This document shows, piece after piece, positions 1 to 8,759 of a stretch of DNA of 54,720 nucleotides (its first letter is position 1; every line of letters begins with the position of its first letter). The position numbers were made by a program, and so were the translations under genes. A model generated the notes under the pieces. It did not search any database. It had not been told where the DNA came from and was given only the letters and a program-made list of their open reading frames with translations. Source of the stretch: a virus (Duplodnaviria > Caudoviricetes). The stretch is taken from positions 1-54,720 of the IMG/VR virus record IMGVR_UViG_3300012346_000035; one strand, given 5' to 3'.

Positions 1-1
1 G

Positions 2-2458
2 ACCGTATTAGGCTCATCGCTTCTTGCTGGATCTTCTGGTAATCAGGGATATAACATAACTAAATCTTTAAGGTTAAGAAGTAGTGCTTCTGCTTATTTA
101 AATAGAACTCCTGCTGGTGCTGGCAATAGAAAAACTTGGACATTAAGTTTTTGGATGAAGTTAGGATCAACTAATGTAAGCACTTATGGCGATGATATTT
201 TCTTTGTTAATGGTGGATCAGGAGCATCTACTTTATTAAATTTTGCTTATGACAAAGATAGTGGTGTTTTATATACTGATGTAACAGGAACTCGTTTATT
301 TCAAACCAATGCTGTATTTAGAGATTTTTCAGCTTGGTATCATGTTGTTTTAGCTTTTGATTCAACTCAAGCAACTTCTACAGACAGAATTAAACTGTAT
401 ATAAATAATGTTTTACAAACATTTAGCACATACAATGCACCTACTTTAAATGCTGACTATGCAGTTAATGGTGCTTATCAACATAATATTGGTCGAGACC
501 CAACAAATTCTTGGTTTTATTTAGATGCTTATTTAGCTGAAATGAATTTGGTAGATGGTCAGCAATTAACAGCATCCAGCTTTGGTGAAACAGATGGCAT
601 AACTGGAGTATGGAAAGCTAAGAAGTATGGTGGCACGTATGGCACTAATGGCTTCTATCTACCCTTCACAGATGTTGCTACTACTAGCGGGTCTAATGCT
701 GGACTAGGTAAAGACTTTAGCGGTAATGGTAACTATTGGAATACCAATAACATATCTGTTACTGCTGGCACTACTTACGATTCAATGACTGATGTACCTA
801 CATTGACGGATGCAACAACAGCTAACTATTGTGTAATAAATAGCACAACCGCACAGCCAACTGGTTGGGGTGCTGCTACTACTTTCTCAAACGCAAATCT
901 AACTGGATATATGCCTAATGCTGGTACCGATGCACCAGCTTACGGAACTATTGCTTTACCTAGGTCAGGTAAATGGTATTGGGAAGTAGCGATTAGTAGC
1001 AGTACAGTTCCGGGTGCAGTAGGTGTTAGCGAAAGCTCAATGAAAAGACCTGATGGAACTGGTCCACTTTGTAGAACTCTTTATTCTGGTGGTGGTACAG
1101 GCGTATCAAAAGCTTATGACGGAACTAATCTTACTGGAAGTTATACATACTTTAGCAATGCCACACTTGGTGTAGCTTGTGATATGGACAATGGGAAATT
1201 GTTTTTTTCTGTTAATGGAACTTATGTAAACTCTGGTGACCCAGTTGCAGGAACAGGAGCAATATTCACAGACTTACTTAGTGCTAATCCTGCTGGAGGA
1301 AGTTGGTTGCCAATGTCTTTTGGTTATAATGGTCATGTCCATAATCATAACTATGGACAACAACCATTTTCCTACACTCCACCAACAGGCTTTGTAGCAC
1401 TCAATACTTATAACTTACCAGAGCCAAGTATTAAGGCTGGTAATAAGCACATGGATGCGACTACTTATAGTGGCAATGGAACAAGTCAAACAATTACAAA
1501 TTCTAGTGGGTTTGCCCCTGACTTTGTTTGGATTAAAGGTAGAAATTATGCTGATAACCAGACTCTTTGGAACACAGTTGTTGGTGCACAAAAATCACTG
1601 TCATCTGACACTACAACGGCAGAAACTACAAGAACAACAGCACTAACAGGATTTGTCTCCAATGGATTTACTCTTGGAACAGATACTATTGTCAACTATA
1701 GTGCTGGAACTTATGTTGGATGGCAATGGAAAGCAGGTGGAACTGCTGTATCCAATACTGCTGGCTCTATTACATCTACAGTAAGTGCTAATCCTACTGC
1801 TGGATTTAGTATTGTTACTTACAATACTGGCTCTGCTGGAAATCAAACAGTTGGTCATGGTTTAGGTGTAACTCCAGCAATGATTATTATTAAATCGAGG
1901 GTTAGTACTACTGCACATTGGGATGTTTGGCATAAATCTTTTGCTAATCCAGCACAAGGTTATTTATATTTGAATTTAACTAATGCTGTTGCCAATGATT
2001 CAAGAAACTGGGCAAATGCCGCACCAACATCTTCTGTATTTTCTTTTGAATCAGGGTATGAATTTAGTGCAAATGCTAATTATGTTGCTTATTGCTGGGC
2101 AGAAGTCGCTGGATATTCCAAGTTTGGCTCATACACAGGCAATGGCTCTACTGATGGAGCTTTTGTGCATACTGGATTTAGACCTAAGTTTGTGATGGTC
2201 AAATGTTCTAGCAATTCTTCTACAAACTGGTTTATCTTAGATACGACTAGAGATACATACAACTTATCTGGTCAATCACTTATGCCAAATTTGTCAAACG
2301 CTGAATATACACCAGCAAGCTCTGGATATTTTGGAGATATTTTGTCAAACGGATTCAAATGGCGAGATGCTTCAAATAATGCAAATAACGCTAGTGGATA
2401 TACATACATCTATATGGCATTTGCCGAAAACCCATTCAAATATTCTTTAGCGAGGTAA
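2..2458 (+). CDS. Tail fibre / receptor-binding protein with concanavalin A-like (LamG/SPRY) domains; 5' end truncated by window edge
   Basis: Frame open from base 2 (TVLGSSLLAGSSGNQGYNITKSLRL...), so start is upstream of 155; SAWYHVV, SGKWYWEV, PDFVWIK, YIYMAFAENPF motifs. Confidence 0.8.
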   Translation, partial: TVLGSSLLAGSSGNQGYNITKSLRLRSSASAYLNRTPAGAGNRKTWTLSFWMKLGSTNVSTYGDDIFFVNGGSGASTLLNFAYDKDSGVLYTDVTGTRLFQTNAVFRDFSAWYHVVLAFDSTQATSTDRIKLYINNVLQTFSTYNAPTLNADYAVNGAYQHNIGRDPTNSWFYLDAYLAEMNLVDGQQLTASSFGETDGITGVWKAKKYGGTYGTNGFYLPFTDVATTSGSNAGLGKDFSGNGNYWNTNNISVTAGTTYDSMTDVPTLTDATTANYCVINSTTAQPTGWGAATTFSNANLTGYMPNAGTDAPAYGTIALPRSGKWYWEVAISSSTVPGAVGVSESSMKRPDGTGPLCRTLYSGGGTGVSKAYDGTNLTGSYTYFSNATLGVACDMDNGKLFFSVNGTYVNSGDPVAGTGAIFTDLLSANPAGGSWLPMSFGYNGHVHNHNYGQQPFSYTPPTGFVALNTYNLPEPSIKAGNKHMDATTYSGNGTSQTITNSSGFAPDFVWIKGRNYADNQTLWNTVVGAQKSLSSDTTTAETTRTTALTGFVSNGFTLGTDTIVNYSAGTYVGWQWKAGGTAVSNTAGSITSTVSANPTAGFSIVTYNTGSAGNQTVGHGLGVTPAMIIIKSRVSTTAHWDVWHKSFANPAQGYLYLNLTNAVANDSRNWANAAPTSSVFSFESGYEFSANANYVAYCWAEVAGYSKFGSYTGNGSTDGAFVHTGFRPKFVMVKCSSNSSTNWFILDTTRDTYNLSGQSLMPNLSNAEYTPASSGYFGDILSNGFKWRDASNNANNASGYTYIYMAFAENPFKYSLAR

Positions 2459-2462
2459 GTAT

Positions 2463-2996
2463 ATGTTTTTAATTGATGGAAAAGTTTTACCAGTAGACAC
2501 ACCCTTTACTAGCAACGGTATTCAGTACCCAGCTAACTGGTTACGTCTATCTACTCAAGCTGAGAAAGAGGCTATTGGAATTACTGAAGAAGCTGACACT
2601 GTTCGTGCTGATGACAGGTTCTATTGGAATGGTGATGTCACTACCCCTAAAGCATTAGAAGACAAGCTTGAAACTAAGCAAGATGGTTCACCTATGTGGG
2701 TACAGAAGTATGATTCACTTACTGAGTCCATGGTAGATACCGACAAGCAACTAGTCACCAAGGGACTTAAGTCTAACCTTATCTCTCAAGTCAAAGTTGC
2801 TGCAGGTTCTATCCTTGCTCAGACAGATTGGATGGTAATTCGCAAGGCAGAGAGAAGTATAGATATTCCTGAAGCTATTGTTTCTTATAGGAATTCTGTT
2901 ATAACTACAGCGGATAGCCTAGAGGCATCTATTACAGCTGCTACTTCTGTAGAGGAATTAGCTGCTATTTCTTTATCTTTCCCATCCCAAGAGTAA
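2463..2996 (+). CDS. Tail fibre assembly chaperone-like protein
   Basis: YPANWL N-terminus and LAQTDWMVIRKAE...YR motif; directly after fibre gene. Confidence 0.65.
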   Translation: MFLIDGKVLPVDTPFTSNGIQYPANWLRLSTQAEKEAIGITEEADTVRADDRFYWNGDVTTPKALEDKLETKQDGSPMWVQKYDSLTESMVDTDKQLVTKGLKSNLISQVKVAAGSILAQTDWMVIRKAERSIDIPEAIVSYRNSVITTADSLEASITAATSVEELAAISLSFPSQE

Positions 2997-3006
2997 CAGG
3001 TAGAGT

Positions 3007-3219
3007 ATGAGCACAGAACAATTCCCAGATCCGTATCGTTACGGCAAACTAGTAGCACAGGTAGAAGCTATGGAAAAGAAGATCGATAAACTAGAACAGG
3101 GTATGGAAGAACTACTCGAATTAGCTAACCGTTCTAAAGGTGGCTTCTGGGTAGGCATCATGATTGTATCTGGCGTATCTGCACTTATTGGTTACATCAC
3201 AAGTCACTTCATCAAATGA
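3007..3219 (+). CDS. Small coiled-coil protein with C-terminal transmembrane helix (lysis cassette)
   Basis: Heptad N-terminus, hydrophobic GFWVGIMIVSGVSALIGYI. Confidence 0.6.
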   Translation: MSTEQFPDPYRYGKLVAQVEAMEKKIDKLEQGMEELLELANRSKGGFWVGIMIVSGVSALIGYITSHFIK

Positions 3220-3225
3220 TCACAT

Positions 3226-3675
3226 ATGTCCGATCCATTTGGGTTTGTAGAGGGGGCTAAGGGGTTCAGCAGTAGCATAGATGCTACACGGGAAAGTGCT
3301 AAGTCACTAACCAAGAGTATTGAAAACATACAACAAGATGGGTTAGATGTAGCCCAGCGTAAGGCAAGAGAAAGAAGGACTGCCCAACGTGAAGCAGAAG
3401 TAAAGAAGCAACAGGCAATCATTAAAGCCCTTGAAGAGTACAAGCGTAGAAAGTACATCACAGATCAAGAGGCAAATCTAAAGATACAGTTTGTAAGACA
3501 GTATGGTTCTAAAGAGTGGGACTCCCTACTTAGAATTAAGAATGAATTAGAAGCTCTTGAGAAGCATAACATTAAAGAGTTTCAACATGATTTAAAAGCA
3601 GTTAGACGGGTGCAGTTCTGGTGTTTCTTTGTAGCTGCTTTCATAGCGTGGTATTTAACATGGGGTATTAAATAG
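3226..3675 (+). CDS. Coiled-coil protein with C-terminal membrane anchor
   Basis: Charged helical body, hydrophobic FWCFFVAAFIAWYLTW; in lysis cassette. Confidence 0.55.
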   Translation: MSDPFGFVEGAKGFSSSIDATRESAKSLTKSIENIQQDGLDVAQRKARERRTAQREAEVKKQQAIIKALEEYKRRKYITDQEANLKIQFVRQYGSKEWDSLLRIKNELEALEKHNIKEFQHDLKAVRRVQFWCFFVAAFIAWYLTWGIK

Positions 3676-4178
3676 TGGATACATTACTTTCGATTCTTAA
3701 AGGTGTTGCACCTGTACTAGCAACAGCAGTAGCTGGTCCAGCAGGTGGTGCAGCAGTAGGATGGATCGCATCTAAACTAGGCATTGACGATGAGACAGTT
3801 GAAGGTGTTACTGCTGCTCTCACAGGCAACCCTGAGATGACTATGAAGTTAAAAGAGTTAGACTTAGAGTATGCCAAGTTAGACCAGTTAGATCGTGACT
3901 CTGCTCGCAAAGCTTATGCTGAAGTAGCTACATCAGAGAATGCAACTAAGCTTGACAAAGCTGTTGTTCCAATGCTTGCCCTTGGTACTGTAGGTCTAGC
4001 TTTCTTATTCATCGGTATCTTAATCTTTATTAATGTACCTACAGATCAACAACAGATTATTATCTTTGCACTAGGTTTTATCACTAGCTCTGCAGGTCAA
4101 GTACTTTCATTCTACTTTGGTTCTAGCCAAGGTAGTAAAGATAAAACAAAAGAAATCGAAGGGATGATGAAGCGATGA
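3675..4178 (+). CDS. Putative holin
   Basis: APVLATAVAGPAGG N-terminus, two hydrophobic helices, FYFGSS motif; overlaps endolysin start. Confidence 0.7.
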   Translation: MDTLLSILKGVAPVLATAVAGPAGGAAVGWIASKLGIDDETVEGVTAALTGNPEMTMKLKELDLEYAKLDQLDRDSARKAYAEVATSENATKLDKAVVPMLALGTVGLAFLFIGILIFINVPTDQQQIIIFALGFITSSAGQVLSFYFGSSQGSKDKTKEIEGMMKR

Positions 4179-4609
4179 ATTTAAGTGAACACTTTAGCCT
4201 AGAAGAACTAACCCACTCAGAAGTAGCAGAGCGTAAAGGGTTAGACAATACTCCTAATGCTACTGAGATAGCTAACTTAATGAGATTAGCTGCCCTATTA
4301 GAAGAGGTTAGATCCTTACTTAATAAACCAATTATGTTAAACTCAGGCTTTAGGTCTAAGCCTGTTAATGATTCTGTTGGGTCTAAGGATACCAGCCAAC
4401 ATCGTATTGGATGTGCTGCAGATATCCGTGTCCCCGGCATGACCCCTAGACAGGTCGTAGAGGCTGTCATTGCTTCCGGCATAGGGTATGATCAGATCAT
4501 TGAAGAATTCGGCTCATGGACCCATATAAGCGTTCCTGATAGTGCTGCAAGACCACCACGTAAACAAGCATTAATTATAGACAAAGCTGGTACTAGAATA
4601 TTCTCTTAA
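4175..4609 (+). CDS. Endolysin, peptidase M15A family
   Basis: LSEHFSLEE, SGFRS, SQHRIGCAAD (H..D zinc ligands), WTHIS. Confidence 0.9.
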   Translation: MNLSEHFSLEELTHSEVAERKGLDNTPNATEIANLMRLAALLEEVRSLLNKPIMLNSGFRSKPVNDSVGSKDTSQHRIGCAADIRVPGMTPRQVVEAVIASGIGYDQIIEEFGSWTHISVPDSAARPPRKQALIIDKAGTRIFS

Positions 4610-4621
4610 GGTTTTCACATT

Positions 4622-6730
4622 ATGGCAGATAAATCATTCACATCAAAACAAAAGGAAATAGTAGCCCGTAAGATGGGTTACGAAGGTCCTATGAATATGT
4701 TTGATGAATACCTTAAATCCTCACCCTCTGATGCACAGAAGTATGGCACAGTAGTGGAGAAGTTTATGGCTCGTGGAGGTATGGTACAGAAGTATGCCAT
4801 CGGAGGTGCGGTAGCCAACTCTATAGGTCCTGCGATAGGTGCTGCAGAAGACCCAACTGCTTCAACTGCCTCTTTAGGTGCAGCTACTACCCAACAGTTA
4901 GTGTACGGTCCAGATGGTACTGTATATGGTAGTCCCGGTGCAGCACAAGCAGCAGGGGTAACTAACTACACTAATACCCCACCTCAAACTGCAGCAGGTA
5001 AAACTACACTTGACACTGTATCAGGTATGCCTTCACAGCCACAAGCTGCACAGGTAAACCCTGCTTTAAATGTTGCTACTCCTGAACAAGTACTAGCTAC
5101 CCAGTTAGCCCCTGCACAGGCAGCTACTGTTACTCCTGCTACTGCTGCTCAAACGGCTACAGCTGTTGCCCCTACCGTAACACCTGCAGCTACAATGACA
5201 GCTACAACTGCTGCACCTGCTGTGACTACTGCCCTTGAAGGGGTACAAGCTGCACAGGGTACTGTAGCACAACAAGCTCAAGTACAAGCTGCTCAGGTAG
5301 AACCTACCACTACTGCTGTTAGTGGACTACAAGCTGCACAAGGTGCTACCAATGTAGTTCAAGGTGCTCCTACTCGTACTCTAGGTGCTGGTGAATTAGT
5401 CTCTGGTACTGGTGTAGATCAAGCTGCAGTCGAAGCTGCTTTAGCTAAGACACAAGCTGCTCAAGGTACTGTAACAGATGAGATGACCACTCAAGGTCAA
5501 CTCAATAAACTACTCACTGACTTTGACTCAGGTAATCCTCCAGCTTGGGCTGCTGCTTCCCTACGTAATGCTACAGCACAGATGGCTGCTCGTGGTTTAG
5601 GTGCATCTAGTCTTGCAGGTCAAGCTATTATTCAAGCTACACTTGAAGCTGCTACACCTATCGCTGCTCAGGATGCTGCTGTATTCCAACAGATGGGATT
5701 ACAGAACCTATCTAATAGACAGCAAACTGCTATCCTAACTGCACAGCAACGTGCTCAGTTCTTAGGTCAAGAGTTTGATCAGACCTTCCAGACTAAAGTA
5801 TTGAATGCTGCTAAGGTAGCCGATGTAGCTAACATGAACTTTACTGCACAGCAACAGGTTGCTTTAGAGAATGCACGTTTAGCCCAGACAATGGACCTAG
5901 CTAATCTATCTAACAAGCAAGCTGTAGTCATGGCTAGTGCAGCACAGATAGCTAACTTAGAGACTGCTAACCTTAACAACCGTCAGCAAGCTGCAGTTAT
6001 GAATGCTCAGTCTTTCTTGCAGATGGATATGGCTAACTTAGCTAACGAACAGCAGACTGAATTGTTTAAGTCACAGTCTATTGTACAAAGCTTACTCACA
6101 GATACTGCTGCAGAGAATGCTGCTAAACAGTTCAATGCTTCCAGTCAAAACCAGACAGATCAATTCTTTGCTAATCTGACCACACAAGTGGGACAGTTCA
6201 ATGCTACACAAAGCAATGCTATGTCTCAGTTTAACACTGACCAAGCTAACACTGTAGCTAAGTTCAATGCTGAAGTACAGAATCAACGTGATACATTTAA
6301 TGCACAGAATAGATTAGTCATTGACCAGTCTAATGCTCAGTGGCGTAGAGAGATTTCTACTGCTAATACTGCAGCTATCAATCGTGCTAATGAGTTCAAT
6401 GCTACCAAGGCTATGGAAATAACTATGGTAGAATACAACAACATGTGGCAACAGTACCGTGATGAGATTGAGTATTCATGGAAGTCTGCCGAGAGTGCTG
6501 CAGAACGTAGTGCTCAGATGGCTCGTCAAGAAGTGTCATCTAACGCTACCATCTTAGCTGCTACCATGGCTAAAGATGCAGAACTAACAGCTACTATCGG
6601 TAAGTCTGCTGCCTCTATCCTATCTGGTACAACTGTTGGTGGTAAGGCAATTGAATCTCTCGTAACACTGGGTGGTAAGGTTTGGGATACTGCTACTAAC
6701 TGGGTTGGTAGCTTCTTCACAGCAGAATAA
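4622..6730 (+). CDS. Ala/Gln/Thr-rich internal virion (ejection) protein
   Basis: 702 aa, QFNA-type helical repeats, late-arm position. Confidence 0.55.
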   Translation: MADKSFTSKQKEIVARKMGYEGPMNMFDEYLKSSPSDAQKYGTVVEKFMARGGMVQKYAIGGAVANSIGPAIGAAEDPTASTASLGAATTQQLVYGPDGTVYGSPGAAQAAGVTNYTNTPPQTAAGKTTLDTVSGMPSQPQAAQVNPALNVATPEQVLATQLAPAQAATVTPATAAQTATAVAPTVTPAATMTATTAAPAVTTALEGVQAAQGTVAQQAQVQAAQVEPTTTAVSGLQAAQGATNVVQGAPTRTLGAGELVSGTGVDQAAVEAALAKTQAAQGTVTDEMTTQGQLNKLLTDFDSGNPPAWAAASLRNATAQMAARGLGASSLAGQAIIQATLEAATPIAAQDAAVFQQMGLQNLSNRQQTAILTAQQRAQFLGQEFDQTFQTKVLNAAKVADVANMNFTAQQQVALENARLAQTMDLANLSNKQAVVMASAAQIANLETANLNNRQQAAVMNAQSFLQMDMANLANEQQTELFKSQSIVQSLLTDTAAENAAKQFNASSQNQTDQFFANLTTQVGQFNATQSNAMSQFNTDQANTVAKFNAEVQNQRDTFNAQNRLVIDQSNAQWRREISTANTAAINRANEFNATKAMEITMVEYNNMWQQYRDEIEYSWKSAESAAERSAQMARQEVSSNATILAATMAKDAELTATIGKSAASILSGTTVGGKAIESLVTLGGKVWDTATNWVGSFFTAE

Positions 6731-6742
6731 TAAGGGTACATA

Positions 6743-6973
6743 ATGGGTATTAGTACATACAAGAAAAAGATCGAAGCGTACATCAAGTCTAAGGAAGATG
6801 TTAAACCAAGAGAGGGTGAATCTGCTAAAGGTTTACTGGCTCCTAAGTCTCCGATGAATAAGTCTGCTGCAGGTGCAGGATCTGAACAAGATGCTGTAGC
6901 TAACGTAGGTGAGTTTATCTATGCCCTTCGTCAGAAAAGAAAAGAATTTAAACTTAAGAAGGGTGCTAAATAA
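6743..6973 (+). CDS. Hypothetical virion-associated protein
   Basis: ORF with RBS, contiguous with neighbours. Confidence 0.5.
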   Translation: MGISTYKKKIEAYIKSKEDVKPREGESAKGLLAPKSPMNKSAAGAGSEQDAVANVGEFIYALRQKRKEFKLKKGAK

Positions 6974-6974
6974 T

Positions 6975-7487
6975 ATGCCTACTCCTGATGCTGGTTTTGT
7001 AAGTGCACCAATTCCCGGTATGTCTCTAACGAGTGAGCCGGGTAATCGCCCATGGGAGAATCCTCCTATGCTAGTTACTGTAGAAGATGCCCTTGAATTC
7101 TACATTAATAAAATCATTGCAGACTCTAACAGTCATGATGCTGTACTTGAGATGTTAGAGCTACGTCTTCCTGTAGAGAACATTGCTAATCTACTCAACA
7201 AGATGAGTGTGATGGAAGGCTATCATACGATTGACGTAGGTATCCTTGTACTTCCTGCCATTGAAGAAATGATTATGGCTGTAGCAGATATGCATGGAGT
7301 TAAGTATGCAGAGTCAATGGACCAGATCATGGAAGGCTTTACTCCTAACCCTCGTGCTGTACGTCAGGCTATGCAAGAATTAGAGACATCTATGAATGCT
7401 CCTGAAGCTCCTGCTACTCCAGCTCCTATGGAAGAACCTCCTGCAGCTATGGGTTTAATGGCTAGACCACAGAAAGGTATGGAATAA
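6975..7487 (+). CDS. Hypothetical virion-associated protein (start reassigned to ATG 6975)
   Basis: APIPGMSLT...PWENPP motif; ATG just after upstream stop. Confidence 0.6.
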   Translation: MPTPDAGFVSAPIPGMSLTSEPGNRPWENPPMLVTVEDALEFYINKIIADSNSHDAVLEMLELRLPVENIANLLNKMSVMEGYHTIDVGILVLPAIEEMIMAVADMHGVKYAESMDQIMEGFTPNPRAVRQAMQELETSMNAPEAPATPAPMEEPPAAMGLMARPQKGME

Positions 7488-7488
7488 T

Positions 7489-8739
7489 ATGGCATTTGAT
7501 ATAACAGCTCTATTCGCTGGAGTATCTAGCGGTGTAGCAGAGTCTATTGAGACACGTAATAAGCAGATCCGTAATGGTGCAGTTAAGCAATTAGATCAAC
7601 TAGTCTCTGAAGCTGAAGCTAAAGAGAAAGGTCTTAAGACTGAGCGTGATACTCTGTCTCAGCAAGCTAGACAACTTGCCACATTCCGTGGTGCTAATAA
7701 TGTTGGCTTAACACAAGATCAGATCTTAGGTTTAATTCAACAGCCTGAGACAGCTAAAGCTTTGATTGAAGAGTTAAAGAATAAGAAAGACTTATCTGAA
7801 GTAGATATGGCTACTGTATTTAAAGTAGGTAAGCCCGGTACTCAGATGCCTCCAGAAGACTACATTGCTAAGAAGACTTCTATTGCTATTCCTGCCAAAG
7901 AAGAACCTGCTAAAGTTGTACGTGGTGCATTCGGATTTGAATCACCTGCAGTGAAACAAGCTGAAGCTGAGTTTGAAGCTACTAGTGGTCGTAAGGCTTC
8001 TGAAATTAAAGCTATTGCTAGAGGTAAGGCAGATCTAGGTGCAGACTTTAAACCTATGGAAGGTACTATTGATCTGAAGCAGTTCGGTAATCCAGAGTCT
8101 CTGTCTACAGTACAGAATAAACTCCGTGACAACATTGCTAATGGTCAAGACCTCGGTACTCCTGAGAACAAGAAGCTACTCAATAAGCTACGTGCTGATG
8201 CAACTATCAAGACTATGTTTGAAGAAGGTGATGGCGGTAAGCCTCGTAGTACTTCTGCTATTAACTCTGTGCTAGACAAGTCTTTACGTGCTGGCTTAGA
8301 TCCGTTTATAGTTAAAGGTGTTGTACGCTTTGACACACAGACAAATGATTATGTTCCTATCACTGGCGATACTAAAGCTATTGCTGACTTCATGGATCAC
8401 AAGAATAAACTCATTCAGTCTCAGGCTAAAGCATTGGGTATCTTGGATAAAGACGGTAACATCAAAGGTGGTCGTAATGCTTCTGATGCTTTGTTGCCGT
8501 ATGCCAACATTGAAGATGGTAAGGTTGTATCTTGGAAGTCTGCAGTTGTTCCACCTAAAACTGAAGGGGAACCTACTACTCCTCCTGCTGCTGCACCTAA
8601 AGCTACTATATCTGAGAAGCCTCTCACTATTCCTAAGACTGCCGATGGCAAGATTGATGGCACTAAACTGATATCAGGACAGAAGTATACATCTGCTGAT
8701 GGCAGTATTAAAACTTGGAATGGTGTAAGCTGGCAATAA
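7489..8739 (+). CDS. Putative internal virion protein
   Basis: 416 aa helical protein between other internal-protein-like genes. Confidence 0.5.
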   Translation: MAFDITALFAGVSSGVAESIETRNKQIRNGAVKQLDQLVSEAEAKEKGLKTERDTLSQQARQLATFRGANNVGLTQDQILGLIQQPETAKALIEELKNKKDLSEVDMATVFKVGKPGTQMPPEDYIAKKTSIAIPAKEEPAKVVRGAFGFESPAVKQAEAEFEATSGRKASEIKAIARGKADLGADFKPMEGTIDLKQFGNPESLSTVQNKLRDNIANGQDLGTPENKKLLNKLRADATIKTMFEEGDGGKPRSTSAINSVLDKSLRAGLDPFIVKGVVRFDTQTNDYVPITGDTKAIADFMDHKNKLIQSQAKALGILDKDGNIKGGRNASDALLPYANIEDGKVVSWKSAVVPPKTEGEPTTPPAAAPKATISEKPLTIPKTADGKIDGTKLISGQKYTSADGSIKTWNGVSWQ

Positions 8740-8759
8740 GAATAATAAGGATAAGCTAA

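Noticed and set aside
2-2458. Diversity-generating retroelement targeting the fibre
   Set aside because: No reverse transcriptase and no template/variable repeat pair seen
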